Source: Treponema sp. (GTDB lineage: Bacteria > Spirochaetota > Spirochaetia > Treponematales > Treponemataceae). Taken from it: a stretch of DNA of 64,000 nucleotides. Positions 47,965 to 57,545 of the stretch are shown here, piece by piece. The number at the start of each line of letters is the position of its first letter. Position 1 is the stretch's first letter. The stretch covers positions 15,562 to 79,561 of the forward strand of contig JBJETJ010000032.1 in assembly GCA_051883255.1 (NCBI GenBank), written 5' to 3'. Under the pieces are notes generated by a model that saw nothing but the letters and a program-made list of their open reading frames with translations, ran no database searches and was not told the origin of the DNA. The translations under genes and the position numbers were made by a program.

Positions 47965-48643
47965 CGCAATCGCTCAGGCATTCAGCGTTTTAAAAATGGG
48001 AACAAATTTTCAAAGGCTTTTGGGCGGACTTTGGGTTACTGTCTGGATTGCACTTGTTTCCGTGGCGTTCTCTCTTGTGCTCGGATTTTTACTTGGAATT
48101 TTGATGACAAGCAAAAATAAAATAATCCGCGCCGCTTGCAGAGTTTATCTTGAAATTATGCGCATTATTCCGCAGCTTGTTTTGCTCTTTGTAGCGTACT
48201 ACGGTTTGACGAGAATGTTCAATATTTCACTAAGCGGTGAAGGCGCTTCAATACTTGTTTTTACGCTCTGGGGAAGTGCCGAGATGGGCGACCTTGTGCG
48301 CGGTTCTTTAGAGAGCGTTCCAAAACATCAGTACGAAAGCGGACGGGCAATCGGTCTTACAGAAAGGCAGATTTTCTTTTACATAATCATTCCGCAGACA
48401 TTAAGGTCGTTAATTCCATTGAGTATGAATTTGATTACGCGAATGATAAAGACGACTTCGCTTGTAGTTTTTGTCGGCGTAATTGAAGTAGTAAAAATCG
48501 GACAGCAGATTATCGAAGCAAACAGGCTTTCAAATCCGTACGCATCGATTGCAATTTACTTTGTAATTTTTATGATGTATTTTTTCGTATGCTGGATTTT
48601 AAGCCTCGCGGCAAGTTACATCGAAAAAAGGCAGAAACAATAA
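47942..48643 (+). CDS. Polar amino-acid ABC transporter permease
   Basis: RIIPQLVLLF, AEMGDLVRG, QYESGRAIGL, MIKTTSL. Confidence 0.92.
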   Translation: MHSSDTINAIAQAFSVLKMGTNFQRLLGGLWVTVWIALVSVAFSLVLGFLLGILMTSKNKIIRAACRVYLEIMRIIPQLVLLFVAYYGLTRMFNISLSGEGASILVFTLWGSAEMGDLVRGSLESVPKHQYESGRAIGLTERQIFFYIIIPQTLRSLIPLSMNLITRMIKTTSLVVFVGVIEVVKIGQQIIEANRLSNPYASIAIYFVIFMMYFFVCWILSLAASYIEKRQKQ

Positions 48644-48707
48644 TTGCCTGTAATGCGAGTTCACCTTGCGGATTTGCATTTACGTACTTTAAACTTTTGG
48701 AGAAGTT

Positions 48708-49460
48708 ATGGCATTACTTGAGATTAAAAATATAAAAAAATCTTTTGACAAAAACCTTATCCTTAACGACGTTTCGCTGAACGTTGAAAAAGGCGAAGTC
48801 ATCGTTATTCTCGGCCCTTCCGGCTGCGGAAAGTCAACTTTACTGCGCTGTATCAACGGACTTGAAACAATCGAAAACGGACAAATCCTGCTTGACGGCG
48901 AAGTAATTTCAAACAGAAAAAAAGATATGCACCTTATCCGCCAGAAAATCGGAATGGTATTTCAGAGCTACGATTTGTTCCCGCACCTTAACGTCATAAA
49001 AAATATTCTCCTCGGTCCTAAGCACGCGCACGAATTAAAACTCGACATCGCAGAATCAGAAAAAGAAGCCGACATGTGGCTGAACCGCGTCGGACTTGCA
49101 GACAAAAAATTCGCCTATCCGCGACAGCTTTCCGGCGGTCAGAAACAGCGCGTTGCAATCGTCCGTATGCTCTGCATGCACCCGGAAGTAATGCTCTTTG
49201 ACGAAGTTACCGCCGCGCTCGACCCCGAAATGGTACGCGAAGTTCTCGATGTAATGATGGCGCTTGCAGACGAAGGAAAGACGATGCTGATTGTCACGCA
49301 CCAGATGCAGTTTGCGCGCGCAATCGCCGACAAAATAATTTTTATGGACGGCGGTCAGATAATCGAAGTCAGCACGCCTGAAGAATTCTGGTCAAACCCT
49401 AAAACAGACCGCGCAAAAAAATTCCTTCACAATTTTGAATTTGAAAGGCGCAAATCTTAA
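48708..49460 (+). CDS. Polar amino-acid ABC transporter ATP-binding protein
   Basis: GPSGCGKST, LSGGQKQR, MLFDEVTAALDPE. Confidence 0.95.
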   Translation: MALLEIKNIKKSFDKNLILNDVSLNVEKGEVIVILGPSGCGKSTLLRCINGLETIENGQILLDGEVISNRKKDMHLIRQKIGMVFQSYDLFPHLNVIKNILLGPKHAHELKLDIAESEKEADMWLNRVGLADKKFAYPRQLSGGQKQRVAIVRMLCMHPEVMLFDEVTAALDPEMVREVLDVMMALADEGKTMLIVTHQMQFARAIADKIIFMDGGQIIEVSTPEEFWSNPKTDRAKKFLHNFEFERRKS

Positions 49461-49465
49461 CTAAA

Positions 49466-49499
49466 ACCTATTGACATAGTAGGTAATAAGTATTATAAC
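49466..49499 (+). promoter_or_regulatory. Internal promoter (TTGACA-17-TATAAC) overlapped by an Rrf2-type palindrome
   Basis: ACCTA-TTGACATAG-TAGGT at 49466-49484; -10 at 49494-49499. Confidence 0.65.
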
Positions 49500-49554
49500 A
49501 TTCATATCCTAAGAAATTCTCATTACTTAGTAAAGTTCATACAAAAAGGAGTGA

Positions 49555-50391
49555 ATGAAATTTATGAACAGATTATCTATTAAAAAACTGATTGCCGCTT
49601 TAATCGTCGGGCTGACTGCACTTTCAGCTTATGCAAAACCAAAATACCGCACAGTTGAACAAATCAAAAAAAGCGGTGTCATTCGCATTGCCGTTTTCAG
49701 CGACAAAAAACCATTCGGCTATGTTGACGAATACGGAAAATATCAGGGCTATGACGTTTACTTTGCAGAACGCCTTGCAAAAGACCTCGGCGTAAAAGTA
49801 AAATATGTTCCTGTAGAAGCCGCTGCCCGTGTTGAAGTTCTTGAAACAGGAAAAGTCGACATCGTTCTTGCAAACTTCACTGTAACGCCGGCGCGCGCAG
49901 AAAAAGTTGACTTTGCACTTCCGTATATGAAATGCGCGCTTGGAGTCGTTTCAAACCAGAAAGATTTAATCACAAGCCCTGAACAGCTTGAAGGCAAAAC
50001 TTTAATCGTCAGCAAGGGAACAACCGCAGAAACTTTCTTCACTGAAAATTACCCTAAAGTAAAGCTTTTAAAATTTGACCAGTACAGTGAAGCATACAAC
50101 GCACTTATTGACGGTCGCGGCGCAGGACTTTCTACAGACAATACGGAAGTTCTTGCCTGGGCTTTGGAAAATCCGGGCTTTGAAGTAGGAATCGAATCAC
50201 TCGGTTCTCTCGACACAATCGCACCGGCAGTTTCAAAAGGCAACACAACTCTCCTTGAGTTCATCAACACAGAAATTAAAAATCTTGCAAAAGAAAACTT
50301 TTTCCACAAAGACTACGAGGCAACGCTCCGTTCAGTTTACGGCGAAAAATCTGATGCTGATGCTTTAGTCGTTGAAGGCGGTCAGCTTTAA
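49555..50391 (+). CDS. Amino-acid ABC transporter substrate-binding protein, cysteine-type (CjaA-like)
   Basis: VFSDKKPFGYVD, GYDV, KVDIVLANFTVTPARAEKVDFALPYMK, C-terminal VVEGG. Confidence 0.85.
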   Translation: MKFMNRLSIKKLIAALIVGLTALSAYAKPKYRTVEQIKKSGVIRIAVFSDKKPFGYVDEYGKYQGYDVYFAERLAKDLGVKVKYVPVEAAARVEVLETGKVDIVLANFTVTPARAEKVDFALPYMKCALGVVSNQKDLITSPEQLEGKTLIVSKGTTAETFFTENYPKVKLLKFDQYSEAYNALIDGRGAGLSTDNTEVLAWALENPGFEVGIESLGSLDTIAPAVSKGNTTLLEFINTEIKNLAKENFFHKDYEATLRSVYGEKSDADALVVEGGQL

Positions 50392-50422
50392 GTTCTACCA
50401 AATTATAAAATGAAAATTCAGG

Positions 50423-50457
50423 AAACCGGTTGTGATTTTTTACAACCGGTTTTTTTT
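50423..50457. terminator. Bidirectional intrinsic terminator
   Basis: AAACCGGTTGT...ACAACCGGTTT followed by a T-run, between convergent genes. Confidence 0.8.
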
Positions 50458-50465
50458 ATGACTGT

Positions 50466-51359
50466 TTATGACTGGGAGATTTTTGAACTTTCTATTTCTT
50501 TTTGAAAATATGATTTTAAAAATTCAAAAAACTTTTTTGTGCGGGTGTCATCAAGTTTATTATTGCGGTAAGTAAGAAGAATGTCGCGGCTGCAAATTGG
50601 GTTTGAAATTTTCAAAAGCTTTACTTTGCTGCTGTTAATTCTTTCCCAAGTAAACTCAGGCCAGAAACCAATGCCTATATTTGCGGCAATCATATTTTTT
50701 ACGGCAGTCGGACTGTCACTTTCAAAAACTATATTCGGGGTAATTCCTACGCTCTTGCAGTATTTATCGCAAATTGCACGGAGCTGTCTTGCGCCCGACA
50801 GAGAAATGAAATTTTCATCTTTTACTTCTTCAAGAGAAATGCTTTTTCTGTTCTGATATTTTTTAATGTTAGGAACGGCAAGATAAATATTTTCTGTGTA
50901 GACCGCCGTTGACTCATGTTCTTCTTCTGACTTCTGGTAAAAAAGTTTTGTCGTTATGCAGATGTCGTTCAATTCATTCTGTTGTTTCTGATTTACCTGA
51001 AAGCGGATTTTCTCATCGAGTTTCTGATATTCAATTATTGCATGCGTTATAAGATTTGACGCGGCAAGAACGTTTAAGTGAATCGTTGAATTTTCTTTTA
51101 AGGCAAGCGAGTGAAGCTGCTCAGGCAAATCGTAAATTTCAGAAAGAAGCGGTTTTAGTTTTTTGTAAAAATATTGTCCGTATTCCGTTAAAAAAATGTT
51201 GCGCCCTTTGTTTACGAAAAGAGGAATTTCAAGTTCATTTTCAAGTCTATGAATTGTCTGTGTCAGTGCAGGCTGTGCAATGTGCAGTTCTTCAGAAGCG
51301 CGCGTTATATGTTCGAGTTCTGCAACTTTCAAAAAATAGCGTAATTGCGTAAGTTCCAT
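50466..51359 (-). CDS. LysR-family transcriptional regulator
   Basis: MELTQLRYF..VAELEHITRASEELHIAQPALTQTI..LE.EL...LF. Confidence 0.95.
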   Translation of the reverse strand: MELTQLRYFLKVAELEHITRASEELHIAQPALTQTIHRLENELEIPLFVNKGRNIFLTEYGQYFYKKLKPLLSEIYDLPEQLHSLALKENSTIHLNVLAASNLITHAIIEYQKLDEKIRFQVNQKQQNELNDICITTKLFYQKSEEEHESTAVYTENIYLAVPNIKKYQNRKSISLEEVKDENFISLSGARQLRAICDKYCKSVGITPNIVFESDSPTAVKNMIAANIGIGFWPEFTWERINSSKVKLLKISNPICSRDILLTYRNNKLDDTRTKKFFEFLKSYFQKEIESSKISQS

Positions 51360-51533
51360 AGAATTTCTCCGTTTTCTAATTCATAACATAAACATTATGA
51401 TTTTAATATTAATAATATATTATACATTATTATTTTTATCTCGTATAGTTGCGTAACAAGACAGCATTACGCAGGCAAAAAAACTTGCGTGAACTAAAAA
51501 TAAAGAGCTTTCAAACAAGCTCGGGAGAAAAAA

Positions 51534-51854
51534 ATGTCTGAATTACTTGAATCGATTATGATGGTTTGTTTCGGTCTTTCCTGGCCGATTTCTCTGGCGA
51601 AAAACATCAAGGCTCATTCGGCAAAAAATATGAGTTTGCGTTTTACGCTTCTAATTATACTTGGCTATGTCGCAGGCATTATGGGGAAAATTTTGAACGG
51701 AGTTTTTAATTATGTTTTGATAGTTTATCTTATCAATCTGGTTATCGTTTCTGCAAATCTTGTTGTCTACTTTGTTAACAAAAGATATGACAGAATTGCA
51801 GCGCAAAAACCACCAGAATTAATCCGAAAGTTTGAACAAGAAAAAGCCATCTGA
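51534..51854 (+). CDS. Small PQ-loop-like membrane protein
   Basis: MVCFGLSWP...KNMS..F..LIILGYVAGI; three hydrophobic helices. Confidence 0.7.
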   Translation: MSELLESIMMVCFGLSWPISLAKNIKAHSAKNMSLRFTLLIILGYVAGIMGKILNGVFNYVLIVYLINLVIVSANLVVYFVNKRYDRIAAQKPPELIRKFEQEKAI

Positions 51855-51906
51855 CACTGGTTTATTCAGAAAGTGGCGTTATTGATTTCTTTATCAGGAG
51901 GAATAT

Positions 51907-52428
51907 ATGAAAAACTTTAGCGTTATGAACAAAATTGCAAAAAAACATCAGGCAGTTTTTTTCGGTTCGACTCAACTTTCTCAAATGGATTTAAACGAAA
52001 TACTGGAAGATTCGTCTTCCTTAAAAGTCTACAACAGAAGCATTGAAAAACTTGATATTGAAAATGTTTCGATTTATGTAATGCCGTGCGTAATTGAACT
52101 TGCGCCTGCAAAACTTTTCATCAACATCGGTGAAGAGGACATAAAATCGCCTTCGTTCAATCAGGATTCTTTCATTTCAAAATACGAATGGCTTTTGTAT
52201 CAGCTTCATAAAAACTGTTCAGGCTGTACGCTTTATATCGTTCCTGTTGTCAGCGCTGAGAAAAAAGTCGCCGAATTAAATTCGGCGCTCGAAAAACTTT
52301 CTTTTGAAAGCGGTTGTATTTTTGTAAAACTGAACGGAATGACAGTCTTTCATCTTTTGACAGCGTTAAAACAGCATCTCCGGGATTTCCCGATTACTTT
52401 TGCAGATGCAATGCAGTATATCGGGTGA
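51907..52428 (+). CDS. SGNH/GDSL hydrolase-like protein (degenerate)
   Basis: AVFFGST block I, VYNRSI, KLFINIGEED block III; no clear C-terminal DxxH. Confidence 0.6.
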   Translation: MKNFSVMNKIAKKHQAVFFGSTQLSQMDLNEILEDSSSLKVYNRSIEKLDIENVSIYVMPCVIELAPAKLFINIGEEDIKSPSFNQDSFISKYEWLLYQLHKNCSGCTLYIVPVVSAEKKVAELNSALEKLSFESGCIFVKLNGMTVFHLLTALKQHLRDFPITFADAMQYIG

Positions 52429-52604
52429 AAAAGCTATAAAGAGTACGGGATTTTGGAGTTTGCTGATGTTGTATGGCGGTATGGTCTGTAATTATAGATT
52501 TGCAGACTGCAAAACAGAAAAAGAGTTTGCGTTGCAAACTTTTATATAAATTTATTTCCAAAGTTTTTGGAAAATCGGAGAGAGAAATTTAACGGAGGTG
52601 TAAA

Positions 52605-53468
52605 ATGATAAAATCGTTTTACAAAATAGCAGTATTAATCAGTATTGTTTCCTTTGCAGTATTTACAAGCTGTGAAAACCCTGCAAATAATGGAGGAAAT
52701 GGCGGCGGTAATAGCGGTGGAAACGGAGGTAATGGTGGAAGTGGAGGAGGCGGTGGTGAGAAAAAAGAAATTTCTTACATCGGAAAAAAGGCACCAAAAG
52801 AACAAAAATATGCAGGTGACATCGTTTTTTGTGATGGAAGTGCAACTCCATATAACATTAATCTTTCTTTGACAAGGGAGCAGAAGGCTAAAGTAATAGC
52901 AGTAATTTTTTATGCAGGAACAGAGTGTAGTGATAATGGTAAAATCAGAGCGCTTGGTATAGGCTTACACCAATGTGGAACGGCATGTTGGTGTGATGCT
53001 AATGCCAATGGATATAAAACTAACATCGAAAATATTCATTGTTCAGATGAGCTGCAAGGTATAAAGGATGGTTCAGGAAATTTTTCAAATATTAAACGTT
53101 TTTTTAACCAAAAGGGAATCCCTGATGATACAGCGATAGAAAGTTACTATCCTGCATTCTATGCTGCAAAAAATTATGGAGATAATTTGCATGCAAGTAC
53201 TGACATTGAATATATAGAAAACTGGTATTTACCGTCAGCAGCTGAAGGGTGGAAAATAATTGAAAATCTGCAGCTTATAAAAAATGTATGCTCTATTTGT
53301 GGAGTAAACGATTTTGACGAACTTAAAGCATTCTGGACTTCCTCACAGAATCCTGATGGTGAACACGAAGCTCAAGTGGCATCTACTCAAAACTTTAAAG
53401 AAAAACACTATATAGGAAAATTTATTAAATGGGGTCCTGGTAATATAGTTGCAATTAGAGAGTTCTAA
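52605..53468 (+). CDS. Lipoprotein with Gly/Asn-rich linker
   Basis: Lipobox FAVFTSC, GGNGGGNSGGNGGNGGSGGGGG linker, GDIVF.DG and WYLPSAAE motifs. Confidence 0.8.
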   Translation: MIKSFYKIAVLISIVSFAVFTSCENPANNGGNGGGNSGGNGGNGGSGGGGGEKKEISYIGKKAPKEQKYAGDIVFCDGSATPYNINLSLTREQKAKVIAVIFYAGTECSDNGKIRALGIGLHQCGTACWCDANANGYKTNIENIHCSDELQGIKDGSGNFSNIKRFFNQKGIPDDTAIESYYPAFYAAKNYGDNLHASTDIEYIENWYLPSAAEGWKIIENLQLIKNVCSICGVNDFDELKAFWTSSQNPDGEHEAQVASTQNFKEKHYIGKFIKWGPGNIVAIREF

Positions 53469-53501
53469 CAAAAAAATATATCGGAGATGATTAAATAGAT
53501 T

Positions 53502-53627
53502 AAGAGAGGAGCTGCTAATAAGTATGACATGTCATTCTGATCTAGCCATAAGATTTCATACATCATATTTAATATGACGTTTGAAATTGATTCAGCATGA
53601 CAAAACTTATTAGACAGCTCCTCTCTT
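53502..53627. repeat. 126-bp long imperfect inverted repeat (MITE-like or structured RNA)
   Basis: AAGAGAGGAGCTG/CAGCTCCTCTCTT, CTAATAAGT/ACTTATTAG, TGTCAT/ATGACA and CTGA/TCAG nested pairings. Confidence 0.75.
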
Positions 53628-53643
53628 TTATAGTTTTGAAAAA

Positions 53644-55320
53644 CTAGTACTGAAGGGCATCGTAGCCTTCTTCACCTGTCCTTACTTTTACAACATTCTG
53701 AACATCGTAAACAAAAATCTTTCCGTCACCAATATGACCTGTGTAAAGAACTTCTTTTGCAGCAGTTATTACCAAATCAACAGGAACTTCAGAAACTACG
53801 ATGTCAACCTTAATCTTTGGAAGCAAAGTCATATCAACTTCTGCACCACGATAAAGCTGAGTTTTTCCATGCTGAACACCGCAACCCAGAACATTTGTAA
53901 CAGTCATACCTGTTACGTTGATGTCGTTCATCGCAGTCTTCAATTCTTCAAACTTGCTCTGACGTGTAATAATAGTTACCATGTGGAACTTAGCATCAGG
54001 CTTGCTCGGTGCTTTTGCAACAGGAACTGCTTTTTCTACAGGAACAGGAGATTCCCTTGCATCGCCCGGAGCACCTTCTGTCATAACCTGAGGAGCCATA
54101 ATAAATCCAGCGTAAGAAGAATCAATACCGTGTTCAAGTTTATCAAGACCAACAACTTCTTCTTCTCTGCTTGCCCTCAATCCGTGTACTTTCTTAATCA
54201 GGCTGAACGTAATGAGCATGCAGACTGTTGTCCAGAGTAAAATTGCTCCGATTCCGAGAGCCTGAACTCCAAGCTGTCTGAATCCGTGTCCATAGAAAAG
54301 ACCTGTATCTACGCTGAACAAACCGCATGCGAGAGTTCCCCATACGCCGTTTGCAAGGTGAACTGCAACTGCACCAACCGGGTCATCAATATGAAGTTTA
54401 AGGTCAAGAAGTTCTACAACAAAAACTACAAGAAGCCCTGCAACAATACCGATAATTGCGGCACCCAAAGCATCACAAGTAGCACAAGGAGCCGTAATTG
54501 CAACAAGACCTGCAAGTGAAGCATTCAACGTCATAGAAACATCAGGCTTGCCGTTCTTTATCCAGGTAAAAATCATTGTAGTTACACATGCAAGAGCCGG
54601 AGCGATTGTCGTTGTAGTAAATACAGCCGCAAGTCCTCCGATACCGCCCATCTGTGTACAAGCCGCACCGTTAAATCCATACCAGCCAAACCAGAGAATG
54701 AATGTACCAAGTGCACCGAGTGTCAATGAGTGTCCCGGAATAGCGTGAACTTTTGTAACCGTTCCATTCTTGTCGCGGTCATATTTTCCAATTCGGGGTC
54801 CGAGGAAAATCGCACCGATTAAAGCTGCTGTTCCGCCTACAGAGTGAATTGCAGCAGAACCGGCAAAATCAATAAAGCCAAGCTGTGCAAGCCAGCCCTG
54901 AGAATTCCATACCCAGCCGGCTTCAATAGGATAAACTATTGCAGAAATTACTGCAGAATAAATACAATATGCACTGAACTTAGTTCTTTCTGCCATTGAA
55001 CCAGAAACAATAGTTGCAGCTGTAGCACAGAACACTAAGTTGAATACAAAACTTGACCAGTCGATTTCAGCAAAGTTTGTAAAAAGCTGCAAATTCGGTT
55101 TACCGATAAAACCAAAGAAATAGTTTTCGCTCATCATCAAGCCAAAACCTAAAAGCATGAACATTGGCGTACCGATACAAAAATCCATCAGGTTTTTCAT
55201 GATGATGTTGCCGGCATTTTTTGCACGGGTAAAACCTGTTTCAACCATTGCAAATCCGCACTGCATAAAGAATACAAGTGCCGCACCAATAAGGAACCAA
55301 ACTCCCCAAACTTCAGACAT
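53644..55320 (-). CDS. amtB: Ammonium transporter fused to C-terminal PII (GlnK/GlnB) domain
   Basis: FMQCGFAMVETG, DFAGSAAIH, ILWFGWYGFN, DDPVGAVAVH; PII motifs GMTVTNVLGCG and TGHIGDGKIFV. Confidence 0.95.
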   Translation of the reverse strand: MSEVWGVWFLIGAALVFFMQCGFAMVETGFTRAKNAGNIIMKNLMDFCIGTPMFMLLGFGLMMSENYFFGFIGKPNLQLFTNFAEIDWSSFVFNLVFCATAATIVSGSMAERTKFSAYCIYSAVISAIVYPIEAGWVWNSQGWLAQLGFIDFAGSAAIHSVGGTAALIGAIFLGPRIGKYDRDKNGTVTKVHAIPGHSLTLGALGTFILWFGWYGFNGAACTQMGGIGGLAAVFTTTTIAPALACVTTMIFTWIKNGKPDVSMTLNASLAGLVAITAPCATCDALGAAIIGIVAGLLVVFVVELLDLKLHIDDPVGAVAVHLANGVWGTLACGLFSVDTGLFYGHGFRQLGVQALGIGAILLWTTVCMLITFSLIKKVHGLRASREEEVVGLDKLEHGIDSSYAGFIMAPQVMTEGAPGDARESPVPVEKAVPVAKAPSKPDAKFHMVTIITRQSKFEELKTAMNDINVTGMTVTNVLGCGVQHGKTQLYRGAEVDMTLLPKIKVDIVVSEVPVDLVITAAKEVLYTGHIGDGKIFVYDVQNVVKVRTGEEGYDALQY

Positions 55321-55333
55321 ACAATCCTCCTCT

Positions 55334-55377
55334 AAAAAGCCGATTAGAAAACATCAGTTTTCAGACCGGCTTTTTTT
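55334..55377. terminator. Hairpin terminator between glnA (type III) and amt-glnK
   Basis: AAAAAGCCG...CGGCTTTTTTT with A- and T-runs on both sides. Confidence 0.7.
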
Positions 55378-55417
55378 GATAAACAAGTTCGCAACGCAAA
55401 CTTGAAACGCGCTCCTT

Positions 55418-57511
55418 TTATTTTACGCTGAACAGCATTTCGCCGTAACTTGGAACAGGCCATTTTTCTGACGGAACAAAACCTTCAAGTTCGTCAACAT
55501 TGGCACGAAGTTCATTCATTGCAGCAAATACTGTGTTTTTGTAGAACATAGCAATTTCGGAAGCACCTTCAATACTCTTTACATCAACAACTGCCTTTTC
55601 AAGAGTCTGAACCTTACCGTAAATTGAACTTGTAAGCTGGCTTATTTTCTTAAGCAACTCAGCTTCGTAAGTATCTTCTACTGATGAAACCGCAGTTTTC
55701 TTTGCGATAATCGTATCAGCAAGTTCTTTTGAATAACCGCTTGCAGCAGGAAGATACATCTTTTTAACCATATCAATCATTGTCAAAGCTTCGATATTGA
55801 TGATTTTTGAATAATTATCATTCTGAATTTCAAAGCGTGAATTGATTTCTGTATCACTGAATACTCCATGTTTCTTGAACAAATCACGGTTCTTCTGGTC
55901 AGTAAAATGTTTCAAAGCTTCCGGTGTTGATTTAAGATTGAGAAGTCCGCGTTTTTCAGCTTCTTTTACCCAGGCATCATCATATCCGTTGCCGTTGAAA
56001 ATAATCCGCTTGTGTTCTTTGATTGTCTTAAGAATCAAAGCGTGCAAATCTTTCTGGAAATCTTTGCTGCTTTCAAGCTGGTCTGCAAACTGGCTCAATT
56101 CTTCTGCAACTGCCGTATTAAGCATAATGTTTGCGCAGGCGATTGAATCGCTTGAACCAAGTGAACGGAACTCAAATTTATTTCCTGTAAATGCAAACGG
56201 AGAAGTACGGTTACGGTCAGTCGTATCCTTGTTAAAATCAGGAAGAACTGTTACGCCAATCTGCATTTTTTCTTTCTGGTGTGAACCGTAAGGTTTGCCT
56301 TCTTCAAGTGCATCAAGGATTGCGCTAAGTTCATCTCCAAGGAACATAGAAATAATTGCAGGAGGAGCTTCGTTAGCACCAAGACGATGGTCGTTGCCGG
56401 CAGTTCCTACAGAAATGCGCAGCAGATCCTGATATTCGTCAACAGCTTTAATTACAGCGCACAGGAACAAAAGGAACTGTGCATTGCTTTCTGGAGTTGC
56501 ACCCGGGTCAAGAAGGTTTTTACCAGTGTTTGTAGAAATTGACCAGTTGTTATGTTTACCGCTTCCGTTTACGCCGGCAAATGGTTTTTCATGAAGCAGA
56601 CAAACCATTCCGTGTTTAGAAGCAACTTTGCGCATAACTTCCATTGTAAGCTGGTTGTGGTCGCAGGCAAGATTTGTCGTGCTGAAAATCGGTGCAAGTT
56701 CGTGCTGAGCAGGCGCTACTTCGTTGTGTTCAGTTTTTGCAAGAATTCCGAGCTTCCACAGTTCTTTGTTCAAATCTTTCATAAAGTCCTGAACGCGCGG
56801 TTTTATCATACCGAAGTAGTGGTCTTCAAGTTCCTGTCCTTTCGGAGATTTTGCGCCGAACAGAGTTCTGCCTGTAAAAATTAAGTCCTCGCGTTTTTCG
56901 TAAACAGACTTGTCGATTAAGAAATATTCCTGTTCCGGGCCGACTGTTGTCTTTACTGAAGTTACGTCCTGATTTCCGAACAGTTTTAAAACACGCACTG
57001 CCTGTTTGCTGATTGCCTGCATAGAACGGAGCAATGGTGTTTTTTTATCAAGTGCTTCGCCTGTATAAGAACAGAAGCAAGTAGGAATACAAAGCGTTCC
57101 GTCTTTTATGAATGCGTAAGAAGTAGGATCCCATGCTGTATAACCGCGGGCTTCAAAAGTTGCACGCAAACCGCCAGAAGGGAAAGAAGATGCGTCAGGT
57201 TCACCCTGTACAAGTTCCTTACCGCTGAATTCCATAATGATTTTTCCGTCGCTTGCCGGCTGAATAAAACTGTCGTGTTTTTCAGCAGTTACGCCTGTAA
57301 GCGGCTGAAACCAGTGCGTAAAGTGAGTTGCACCTTTTTCGATGGCCCAGTCTTTCATTGCGTTTGCAACGATATTTGCCACAGTCGGATCAAGTTTTTC
57401 TCCGCCCTCGATTGTTTTCATAAGTTGCTTAAAAGTTTCTTTTGGCAACCTCGCTTTCATCACTGTTTCGTTAAAAACATTTTCACCGAAAATTGATGTT
57501 ACAGATTCCAT
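55418..57511 (-). CDS. glnA: Glutamine synthetase type III
   Basis: [83 protein letters not shown]; ATG at 57511 after GGAGGA. Confidence 0.96.
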   Translation of the reverse strand: MESVTSIFGENVFNETVMKARLPKETFKQLMKTIEGGEKLDPTVANIVANAMKDWAIEKGATHFTHWFQPLTGVTAEKHDSFIQPASDGKIIMEFSGKELVQGEPDASSFPSGGLRATFEARGYTAWDPTSYAFIKDGTLCIPTCFCSYTGEALDKKTPLLRSMQAISKQAVRVLKLFGNQDVTSVKTTVGPEQEYFLIDKSVYEKREDLIFTGRTLFGAKSPKGQELEDHYFGMIKPRVQDFMKDLNKELWKLGILAKTEHNEVAPAQHELAPIFSTTNLACDHNQLTMEVMRKVASKHGMVCLLHEKPFAGVNGSGKHNNWSISTNTGKNLLDPGATPESNAQFLLFLCAVIKAVDEYQDLLRISVGTAGNDHRLGANEAPPAIISMFLGDELSAILDALEEGKPYGSHQKEKMQIGVTVLPDFNKDTTDRNRTSPFAFTGNKFEFRSLGSSDSIACANIMLNTAVAEELSQFADQLESSKDFQKDLHALILKTIKEHKRIIFNGNGYDDAWVKEAEKRGLLNLKSTPEALKHFTDQKNRDLFKKHGVFSDTEINSRFEIQNDNYSKIINIEALTMIDMVKKMYLPAASGYSKELADTIIAKKTAVSSVEDTYEAELLKKISQLTSSIYGKVQTLEKAVVDVKSIEGASEIAMFYKNTVFAAMNELRANVDELEGFVPSEKWPVPSYGEMLFSVK

Positions 57512-57545
57512 AAATCCTCCAAATATTTTTTTGCAATCCATAAAA

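Noticed and set aside
51907-52428. Active GDSL lipase
   Set aside because: Block I reads GST, and no catalytic DxxH is visible at the C-terminus; kept only as a degenerate SGNH-like call.
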